A DNA stretch of 64,000 nucleotides from positions 7,994-71,993 of the forward strand of contig CAVZKT010000002.1 in assembly GCA_963775955.1 (NCBI GenBank), given 5' to 3'. Every line of letters starts with the position of its first letter. Position 1 is the stretch's first letter. The translations under genes were made by a program, and so were the position numbers. Of this stretch, positions 29,357-36,897 are shown piece after piece. Under the pieces are notes generated by a model. It saw only the letters and a list, made by a program, of their open reading frames with translations. It searched no databases and was not told the origin of the DNA. The DNA comes from Candidatus Moraniibacteriota bacterium. Its GTDB lineage: Bacteria > Patescibacteriota > Minisyncoccia > Moranbacterales > UBA2206.

Positions 29357-30262
29357 TTAATCTTCCTTAACCTCCTCCTCTATTAGTCTTTTAAGACATT
29401 CCTCGTTTGTAAATAACTCGTCAGCAGCTTCAAGCAGTTTATGTCTGTAGACATCCTCGAAGAAATCGGAAATTGGTAAGCGTAAGACTGTTGCTTGATT
29501 GAAGAAACTTTCACGGTCAAGTCCAGAATGTTTCATCATGCTGCCAGAAAAATGACGATCCATAATCACCCAAGTTTTTGGGGTATTAATTGTTTTAAGG
29601 GCAATCAGATTGACTTCTTTATTTCTAAGAGCCGAAACAATTTCAACCTTGTTTTCGAATTTTTTCGCAAACCATTGTGCAATAACAGGAGCCACAACAT
29701 CCTTTTCGTATTTTCTTTTAATGTCACTGTCATAATCACCATTAATCCCATGTTCCCTGTAATGGAAAGGGGAATGATCCCCGGTGCATTCAGAAACTAC
29801 ATAAATTTTTTCTGGAGCTACGCCATGATTCTTGATTTTTTCAATAAGGTTAGAAACAATAATCTCAGTTCCAACCATGTCATCATTTATTATGTTTGTA
29901 TATCCTTTTTTAAACATAGCTCCGCAGGTGATCCTAACTGCCTTATCGCATAAAGAATCGAGTGTGTCTGTGAAAAATATTGGATTTTCCTTTTTGCCTT
30001 TAAAACTACCACTTGTATACTGGGTTGGATTTGCTTTTTCGTCCTCGTCGCAAATTATGCGGACGCATGTTTTGTCTGAAATAACCAGGTTATTTCTAAA
30101 CTTTGCCAAGTGCTTGTTCATTCCAATTCTAATTTCATCTACATTGGCTGTAGAAAAAAAAGTAATCATTTCAACCTCAAGGTCTTTTAACCACCCCATA
30201 ATTTTAGGTACGAGTTTTTTATAAAGATCGTTTTCTCTATAAACCACAAATATTTTTTTCAT
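29357..30262 (-). CDS. hypothetical protein (orphan, AT-rich islet)
   Basis: 301-aa ORF, no motif recognised. Confidence 0.5.
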   Translation of the reverse strand: MKKIFVVYRENDLYKKLVPKIMGWLKDLEVEMITFFSTANVDEIRIGMNKHLAKFRNNLVISDKTCVRIICDEDEKANPTQYTSGSFKGKKENPIFFTDTLDSLCDKAVRITCGAMFKKGYTNIINDDMVGTEIIVSNLIEKIKNHGVAPEKIYVVSECTGDHSPFHYREHGINGDYDSDIKRKYEKDVVAPVIAQWFAKKFENKVEIVSALRNKEVNLIALKTINTPKTWVIMDRHFSGSMMKHSGLDRESFFNQATVLRLPISDFFEDVYRHKLLEAADELFTNEECLKRLIEEEVKED

Positions 30263-30428
30263 AAAACCCTCCTGCTCTTTATAGTCCCGCGACTTTAGTT
30301 TTTTTAAAGAACATTTTTATTCTGTGTCGAGTTTTAATCCTCAACATGTCTTTATACATCAAAAAAGTAATCTCGTCCAAAAAAGAGGTGATATTGACAA
30401 GAAAGTAAACTAATGGTTTACTTATGGT

Positions 30429-31289
30429 ATGGATATCTTTGGGGAAAACAATATAAGAGGCCTGATTTTGGATAGTTTATCCAAGGAACCTAAAAAGGGG
30501 GCTGTTTTGGTCGAAGAAATCAAAAATATTCGCAAAAGCACGACCAAGCAAGGGGTTTATAAGGCCTTGAGAGTTTTAATTAAAGAAAAATTAGTAGTGA
30601 AATACCGCAGAAATTTGATGCTGAATCAGATTTGGTTAAACAAAGTAAACAAGTTTTTAAAACAAACTGACGAAAACTATCTAGGTAAAAAGGGCGATCA
30701 AGACATAGATACTCTTGAATGGATGACAGAAGGAAGCAGAATGTCCTATGTTTTTAATAGTTATGATTCGCTTGATCGATTTCACTCGCACATTTTTTCG
30801 TTGATCATTAAAAAAACCGACCCGCAAGCACCGCTGTATGTCTATAATCCTCATGAATGGTTTGTGTTGAAAACAAATTTGAAAGAAAATGAAGATTTTC
30901 TTTTTGATTGGTTAAAAGAAAGAGGCAGACAGGTATATTTTACTATCGGACATGGCACTTTTTTAGACAAAAATTTCAGAAAAAATTACTCATCCGAAGA
31001 ATTTGAAATTGCTATAGATGAAAAAACCAATTATCCTGAAAACTGCTACATTAACATAATTGGAAATTATATTATAGAGATGAAGAATAATAAGGAATTT
31101 GCAGGAAAATTACATGCAATTTACGAAAATTCGACAGACGAAAACGAGGCTAGCGAGAAAATAACGGCGTTGCTGAAAACCAAACACAAAATAAAGATGA
31201 TTCTGTCTTGCAACAGTCAGAAGGCGAAAAAAGTGAAAGCGAAGCTTGGAAAAAATTTCTTTATTCCTAAAGAATTAAAAAATAAATAG
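30429..31289 (+). CDS. hypothetical protein with N-terminal winged-helix-like segment
   Basis: GAVLVEEIKNIRKSTTKQGVYKALRVLIKEKLVVKY resembles a wHTH. Divergent from 29357-30262. Confidence 0.45.
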   Translation: MDIFGENNIRGLILDSLSKEPKKGAVLVEEIKNIRKSTTKQGVYKALRVLIKEKLVVKYRRNLMLNQIWLNKVNKFLKQTDENYLGKKGDQDIDTLEWMTEGSRMSYVFNSYDSLDRFHSHIFSLIIKKTDPQAPLYVYNPHEWFVLKTNLKENEDFLFDWLKERGRQVYFTIGHGTFLDKNFRKNYSSEEFEIAIDEKTNYPENCYINIIGNYIIEMKNNKEFAGKLHAIYENSTDENEASEKITALLKTKHKIKMILSCNSQKAKKVKAKLGKNFFIPKELKNK

Positions 31290-31508
31290 ACAGCTTTAGC
31301 TTCGAGGTGTGAAAGCATATAATCGATGCGGAAAACTGAAAAAACTTTAACTATTGTCTTATTTAATAATTTCTATCTGCGAACTTTTGCTAAACCATCA
31401 AAAGGGAGTCATATTGGTTTAAGTGTGTGCGAATGGGGCGGAGACTAAGTAGAATTTTGAAAAAAAGTTTGAGCTTGGTTGTAAATTCGCACCAAATAAT
31501 ATAAAATC

Positions 31509-31530
31509 GTCCTTATAGTTCAATGAATAG
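31509..31530 (+). pseudogene. 5' fragment resembling tRNA-Arg(CCT) (acceptor + D-arm only)
   Basis: GTCCTTATAGTTCAATGAATAG matches GTCCCCATAGTTCAATGGATAG of the intact gene at 32208 (19/22), then diverges into GGCAAGC... Confidence 0.55.
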
Positions 31531-31555
31531 GGCAAGCCCGTCCTTGGACTTTGTC

Positions 31556-31571
31556 GCTGTTCATGCTATAA
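31556..31571 (+). promoter_or_regulatory. extended -10 promoter element TGCTATAAT
   Basis: CATGCTATAATTTATTT sits directly upstream of the ATG at 31579, giving a near-leaderless arrangement. Confidence 0.4.
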
Positions 31572-31578
31572 TTTATTT

Positions 31579-32151
31579 ATGAGAGGAAAACCTGTTTCAA
31601 AAAAAGAAATACAGAAAATAGAGCAACTGAGAAAAACGGGGCATAGTCTGCCTGAAATTTGCAGAGTTTTGAAGCGAAGAAAATCCACGGTTCATGGATA
31701 TGCAAAGGATGTGGTTGTATTGCCGGAATATATAAATATTTTAAGACAAAAACAAGGTGGTAGTGCAGCAAGAGCTGAAAAATTTTGGAATAAAGCAAGA
31801 TTTAACGCAAAAAAACTATTAAGAAAAATCGGAAAAAGGGAAAAACTTTTTATTTTAGCTGCTATTTATTGGGGAGAAGGAGCAAAAAAAGAATTTAATC
31901 TTATTAACAGCGATCCGGCACTTATTCAAGTCTCCCTTTCCTGCTTAAGAGAGATTGGAGTTAAGGAAAAAGATCTTCGTATCACACTTAGGGTTTATGA
32001 GGGCATAAATATTGAAGATGCTAAAAAATATTGGTCGAAAATATGCAAAGTAAACTCAAGGAATATCAAAAATGTTAATGTTTTGGAAGGTAATAAAATC
32101 GGAAAGCTTCCATATGGAATGTGCAGAATACGCATAACCAAAGGCGGATAA
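31579..32151 (+). CDS. HTH + LAGLIDADG-like putative homing endonuclease
   Basis: N-terminal resolvase-type HTH (IEQLRKTGHSLPEICRVLKRRKSTVHGY). LFILAAIYWGEGAKKEFNLINSD resembles a LAGLIDADG motif. Flanked by a tRNA fragment and an intact tRNA. Confidence 0.35.
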   Translation: MRGKPVSKKEIQKIEQLRKTGHSLPEICRVLKRRKSTVHGYAKDVVVLPEYINILRQKQGGSAARAEKFWNKARFNAKKLLRKIGKREKLFILAAIYWGEGAKKEFNLINSDPALIQVSLSCLREIGVKEKDLRITLRVYEGINIEDAKKYWSKICKVNSRNIKNVNVLEGNKIGKLPYGMCRIRITKGG

Positions 32152-32207
32152 TCATTCAAACTGATTATGAGTATGATTGAACATATTAAATTTCAAATTA
32201 TAAAAAT

Positions 32208-32279
32208 GTCCCCATAGTTCAATGGATAGAACGAGAGACTCCTAAGCTCTAGATCCACGTCCGATTCGTGGTGGGGACA
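32208..32279 (+). tRNA. tRNA-Arg(CCT)
   Basis: GTCCCCA-TA-GTTC...loop CTCCTAA...CCACG-TCCGATT-CGTGG-TGGGGAC-A. Unusual TCCGA T-loop and an A:G at pair 31:39. Confidence 0.75.
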
Positions 32280-32318
32280 CACTTTGACTCGCTTCACTTG
32301 TTCAGTGCAAGCAAAAAA

Positions 32319-33852
32319 ATGATCAAAAAAATTCCAACTCAAGTCATTGAAGTTTTACAAAAACTGGAAGAATCAGGCTTCGAGGCTTTTATCGTGGGCG
32401 GATGCGTGCGGGATTTGCTCACATTGTGGTGAGCCTGTGAACCAAAAGACTGGGATGTAGCGACTAATGCCAAGCCGGAAGAAGTGCAAAAAATATTCCC
32501 GGACAGTTTTTATGAAAATGAATTTGGAACGGTCGGAGTGAAAGTAAAGCCGTTTATTAAAAATGGAAATCCGAATCGTGAGCATGACGTGATAGAAGTA
32601 ACCACCTATCGCATTGAATCGAAATATTCCGACAAGCGCCGGCCGGATAAAGTTGAATTTGCAAAAACATTAGAGGAAGATTTATCAAGAAGGGATTTTA
32701 CCATCAACGCGATCGCATTAAAACTCGTAACTCATAACGCACAACTCGACACCCGAAGAGGAAAAAATAGCTACGAGCTACGAGCTATGGGTTACGAGAT
32801 CATTGATCCATATGATGGTCAGAAAGATATTAAGAAAAAAATAATCCGCGCAGTGGGTGACCCGCATGAAAGATTTGATGAAGATGCTTGCGGATGATGC
32901 GAGCGGTGCGGTTTCACGCGGAGCTGGGATATAAAATTGAAAAAAATACTTTTGAAGCCATTAAAAAAATATAGCCGGGGATTTAAAACACATTGCTCTT
33001 GAAAGAATAAAAGACGAACTGGCCAAAATTATATTATCCGACAATCCATGCTGAAGGCATTGATATGCTGCATAAAACTAAATCTTCTGGAATATATTAT
33101 TCCGGAATTGGAAAAGGGCGTGGGCGTGAAACAAAACCGCCATCATATCTATACGATATACAAACACAGCATTTTATCTTTAAAACATTGTCCTTCGCAA
33201 AAAATTGGAAGTGCGCTTGGCTGCGCTTCTGCATGACATTGCTAAGCCGCAAACCAAAAGAGGCGAAGGCGAATATGCGACTTTCTATAACCACGATCAT
33301 GTGGGTGCGCGGGTGGCGGCCAAAATTCTTGAGCGTCTGCGTTTTTCACGTGAAACAATTGAAAAGGTGAAACTTCTCGTGGATAATCATATGTTTTATT
33401 ACAATCCGGAAGAAGTGGGAGCCAGTTCCGTCAGAAAATTAATTCAAAAAGTCGGCTTGGAAAATATGAAAGATTTGATTGATGTGCGCATTGCCGATCG
33501 TTTGGGTTCGGGCGTGCCGAAGGCCAAGCCGTATAAATTGCGCCACTTGGAATATATGATTGAAAAAGTTTCCCACGATGCCATTTCCGTAAAGATGCTA
33601 AAAATCAACGGCAATGATCTGATGAAAGAATTAAATTTAAAACCCGGTCCCAAAATCGGCGCGATTCTGGATGTTTTGCTCTCGGAAGTTATTGAAGATG
33701 CTTCCAAAAATAATCGCGAGCATCTTTTAACGCGCGCTAAAGAATTGGATAAGGAGGATTTGAAAAAACTCCGCCAGATGGCGAAGGTAAAGATTGAAGA
33801 GAAAAAAGAAGAGGAAGACAAGGAAATTAAGAGAAAACATTGGGTGAAGTAG
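32319..33852 (+). CDS. cca: CCA-adding enzyme / poly(A) polymerase family with HD domain (5-6 frame changes)
   Basis: Pieces: MIKKIPTQVIEVLQKLEESGFEAFIVGGCVRDLL / PKDWDVATNAKPEEVQKIF...RDFTINAIAL...IIDPYDGQKDIKKKIIRAVGDPHERFDEDA / LRMMRAVRF.. / ...LAALLHDIAKP...YNHDHVGA. Confidence 0.85.
32724..32798 (+). repeat. 75-nt heptad-word hairpin inserted in frame in cca
   Basis: CTCGTAACTCATAACGCACAACTCGAC...AGCTACGAGCTACGAGCTATGGGTTACGAG encodes VTHNAQLDTRRGKNSYELRAMGY between the conserved RDFTINA and IIDP motifs. Confidence 0.8.
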
Positions 33853-33943
33853 GACCATTAGCTCAGTTGATTACCCGCCTCGGCTCGTGGAAGACACTTT
33901 GCGAGGCAGGGAGCACTGCATTTTCACCCCGCACCAAATTTAT

Positions 33944-34129
33944 GGATGCGTAGCTCAACCGGTTAGAGCGCTGCATTTTCATCCCGTTAGATATATGGAC
34001 GATTAGCTCAGTTGGTTAGAGCGTTGCATTCACATTGCAAAAGTCACTGGTTCGAGTCCAGTATCGTCCACAGAAAATCTAACGGGACAAGCATTGCAGG
34101 GGTCACAAGTTCAAGTCTTGTGCCATCCA
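33944..34129 (+). other. middle interrupted tRNA-like gene (same UUC anticodon arm) containing tRNA-Val(CAC)
   Basis: 5' part 33944-33981, 3' part 34094-34129. Bounding repeat CCCGTTAGAT (33983-33992) / ATCTAACGGG (34077-34086). Acceptor pairs 5/7. Confidence 0.5.
33997..34070 (+). tRNA. tRNA-Val(CAC)
   Basis: GGACGAT-TA-GCTC-AGTTGGTTA-GAGC-G-TTGCA-TTCACAT-TGCAA-AAGTC-ACTGG-TTCGAGT-CCAGT-ATCGTCC-A. Confidence 0.9.
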
Positions 34130-34230
34130 CATAAAATTGGTGCGGGGCAGGTTGCAGGGGTCAGTGGTCCGAGTCCGCTAGTGACCACAAATACTAAAAA
34201 CCAAATACAAAAAACTAAAAACTAACCAAA

Positions 34231-34846
34231 ATGGCTTCGCAAGTTTCCCACATAATTTACGCCCGCAAATATTTCGAAAAAAATCCGGCTTTGCCTAATT
34301 TTGAAGATGAATTTATGCTGGGCTGTGTTTTTCCGGACATCCGCCGGATTGACGAAAGTATAAAAAGAAAAGACACGCATCGCTGTTTTTCGCCGCTGGA
34401 TTTGAATTTTTCAGGACTTTCTCCGTTCCAGGCCGGCTGGAAATTTCATTTGTATTGCGATATGAAGCGGGAGGAGATTTTAAATAAATATAAATTTTAT
34501 GAAATTCCCGGAACTGCTGATTTTTGGCACCAGTCAGCCAAACAACTGGAAGATGAAATTATTTATGAAGAGTATAATAATTGGGAAAAAGTCGTGCATT
34601 ATTTCAATAATGTTCCAAAGATAGAAATAGGCATAGGATGTTACACATGAAACTTTCCAGCTGTGGTATGCGATAATCGCCAAATATATTGAGAAAAAAC
34701 CGGACAACAAATCAGCGCATATTTTTTTATCAAAACAACTGTCATGGGCGGAAAAAGCCGACGATATAGTCAAATCAGTTGACAATTTGCGCAAAAATGA
34801 GAGAGTTATAGGGATACTCAGGAAGGTGAAGGATGAAATATTATAG
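34231..34846 (+). CDS. hypothetical protein (one frameshift near 34645)
   Basis: ORF 34231-34650 continues as HETFQLWYAIIAKYIEKKPDNKSAHIFLSKQLSWAEKADDIVKSVDNLRKNERVIGILRKVKDEIL in another frame. Confidence 0.5.
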
Positions 34847-34927
34847 GCCTTGGGGTGTGGTGGAACCCGCGCAGCAGAGCGAGGCGTGGTGCGGGGCAAG
34901 CTGGCAGATTTACCTCGTGCAAATGGC

Positions 34928-35010
34928 GGGCATGTGGCGAAATTGGTATACACGCATGCTTCAGGTGCATGTGGGAGCAATCCTTGAGAGTTCGAGTCTC
35001 TCCATGCCCA
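34928..35010 (+). tRNA. tRNA-Leu(CAG)
   Basis: GGGCATG-TG-GCG...CATGC-TTCAGGT-GCATG, long variable arm, GAGAG-TTCGAGT-CTCTC-CATGCCC-A. Confidence 0.85.
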
Positions 35011-35146
35011 CTTTATTTTTCGGAGCGTGGTATAGTGGTATTACCTGCAGCACCAGAGCGAGGCGCTCGGTGCGAGGCAGGCGCCCGTTAAATACCGGAG
35101 CATAGTATACCGGTAGTACGCGCCCCCTGCCCCGTTAAATATTTTT

Positions 35147-35217
35147 CGGGATATAGTATAGTGGTAGTACGCGCGATTCGGGTTCGTGAAGTCCCAGTTC
35201 GATTCCGGGTATCCCGA
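35147..35217 (+). tRNA. tRNA-Pro(CGG)
   Basis: CGGGATA-TA-GTAT-AGTGGTA-GTAC-G-CGCGA-TTCGGGT-TCGTG-AAGT-CCCAG-TTCGATT-CCGGG-TATCCCG-A (one A:C in the T-stem). Confidence 0.8.
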
Positions 35218-35449
35218 CATCGAAAAATTTAACGGGGTGAAGGTGGGTGTAGACCGGGTTCGATTCCCGGCATCCCGACCGAAAATTTAACAGGGTGAAG
35301 GTTCGTGAAAACCGGGCTCGCCCCGCGCCATTTCTCGGGATAATTGTGGTTTTATTAGGCATTAAGGCGAAGCCGCTTCGCTTTAGTTCTGATGAATATC
35401 ACAGATTATGTTTGGAAATGGTGCGGGGTGAAATTCCCGGCATCCCGAC

Positions 35450-35743
35450 ATGAAAATAATTATAAAAAAAATTAAAGAAAATCCGACAAGTCTGCTGCGG
35501 ATGGCCGGCTATATTTTTCAGCGCAACGAGGGCGAAGAAATGAGTTTTATCCGTCCTTTGGCGCGCGCGGGCTTTCCGCGTTTCCATATGTATGCTAGTG
35601 TGGCTGGAACTGATTTAGCAATAAACATCCATCTGGATCAGAAAAAAGAAACCTACGGAAATTCTAATCGCCATCATGGAGAATATGGAGATGAAGGCGC
35701 ATTAAAGGCGGAGATTGAGAGAATAAAAAGTATTTTGCAATAA
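35450..35743 (+). CDS. hypothetical protein
   Basis: 97-aa ORF between tRNA clusters. Confidence 0.5.
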   Translation: MKIIIKKIKENPTSLLRMAGYIFQRNEGEEMSFIRPLARAGFPRFHMYASVAGTDLAINIHLDQKKETYGNSNRHHGEYGDEGALKAEIERIKSILQ

Positions 35744-35748
35744 ATTAT

Positions 35749-35831
35749 GCCCGGGTGGTGAAACGGCAGACACGCTAGGTTTAGGACCTAGTGAGAGAAA
35801 TCTCGTGAAGGTTCAACTCCTTTCCCGGGCA
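35749..35831 (+). tRNA. tRNA-Leu(TAG)
   Basis: GCCCGGG-TG-GTG...CTAGG-TTTAGGA-CCTAG, long variable arm, GAAGG-TTCAACT-CCTTT-CCCGGGC-A. Confidence 0.88.
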
Positions 35832-35834
35832 CAT

Positions 35835-36776
35835 ATGAAAAAAATATCAGTTACCAAAATTAACGCAGGCAATCGCCTTGACAAATTCCTCGCCAGGGAA
35901 TTTTTTTCGCTTGGATTAACGCGGGGAGAAATAATACGAAATATAAAGTCGGGGAATATATTAGTTAATAAAAACAAAGTTAAGCCAAGCTATCAGCTTC
36001 GTCTTAATGACGAAATAAGATTCAAGATACAAGATACAAAAAGCGAATTAGTCAAAAATCAAAACCTGAAAATAAAAATAATTTATCAGGACAAAAACAT
36101 TATTGTTATAGACAAACCGGCCGGTACTTCTGTCCATCCTGCGAAAGCTGACGAGAAAAATACTTTAGTAAATTTTTTAGTTTACAAATTTCCAGAAATA
36201 AAAAATGTGCATGATAACACCAAGGACTCTTATTTGCGTCCAGGGATTGTGCATAGATTAGACAAGGATACTTCCGGTGTGATGGTTGTGGCGAGAAATA
36301 TAAAAGCTTTTCAAGAACTGAAGAATTTGTTTAAAGAACATAAGGTTGAAAAAAAATATCTGGCGCTGGTTTACGGAAAATTAAAAGATAAAAAAGGCGT
36401 GATTGAAAAGCCGATTGCGCGCGCGGCGACTTATAAAAAACAGGTGATTGCCGGACGGAAAACCAAAACCAAAATCCGCGAAGCCGTGACGAGATATAAA
36501 GTTATCAAAGAATATCAAAACTATTCATTGGTTGAGGCTATGCCCAAAACCGGAAGAATGCACCAAATTCGGATCCATCTTTTTTCCATCGGCCATCCGA
36601 TTGTCGGGGATAAAATTTATAAAACAAAGAGGAGAGACATTCCACAGGGAGTTGCTCGCCAGCTTTTACACGCTAAAAGCCTGAGTTTTAAGCTGCTAGG
36701 CAAACAATATAATTTTCAAGCAGATCTGCCGGAAGACTTTTCAAAACTTCTGATGGGGTTGACTAAAGGAGCATAA
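35835..36776 (+). CDS. rluD: RluA-family 23S rRNA pseudouridine synthase (RluD-like)
   Basis: S4-like N-terminus, HRLDKDTSGVMVVA, GRMHQIRIHL. ATG at 35835 avoids overlap with the tRNA. Confidence 0.85.
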   Translation: MKKISVTKINAGNRLDKFLAREFFSLGLTRGEIIRNIKSGNILVNKNKVKPSYQLRLNDEIRFKIQDTKSELVKNQNLKIKIIYQDKNIIVIDKPAGTSVHPAKADEKNTLVNFLVYKFPEIKNVHDNTKDSYLRPGIVHRLDKDTSGVMVVARNIKAFQELKNLFKEHKVEKKYLALVYGKLKDKKGVIEKPIARAATYKKQVIAGRKTKTKIREAVTRYKVIKEYQNYSLVEAMPKTGRMHQIRIHLFSIGHPIVGDKIYKTKRRDIPQGVARQLLHAKSLSFKLLGKQYNFQADLPEDFSKLLMGLTKGA

Positions 36777-36897
36777 AAAGGTAGGATAATAAGGCTAAAA
36801 TTTAATCAAATTTGCACATACTCAATGGTGGGTTTTTTATTGTCAAGCGAGTGATGATAACTATTTTATTTAAACAAACTTCGAGTATAATAAAGTC

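Larger units (their letters stand above)
33852..34187 (+). other. outer interrupted tRNA-like gene (anticodon arm CTGCA/TTTTCA|T/TGCAG, UUC), with a D-loop hairpin insert and a 225-nt insert at position 37/38
   Basis: 5' part 33852-33926, 3' part 34152-34187. Bounding repeat CCCCGCACCAAATTT (33927-33941) / AAATTGGTGCGGGG (34134-34147). Acceptor pairs only 4/7. Confidence 0.5.

Noticed and set aside
34534-35362. ORFs predicted across the tRNA clusters: 34534-34980 (-), 34833-35105 (+), 34855-35091 (+), 35135-35362 (-), 37859-38182 (-), 38010-38219 (-), 40665-40940 (-) and 12992-13264 (+).
   Set aside because: They are composed of tRNA genes, tRNA fragments and GC-rich repeats read as protein. 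Arg/Pro/Gly-rich translations are typical of such artefacts.
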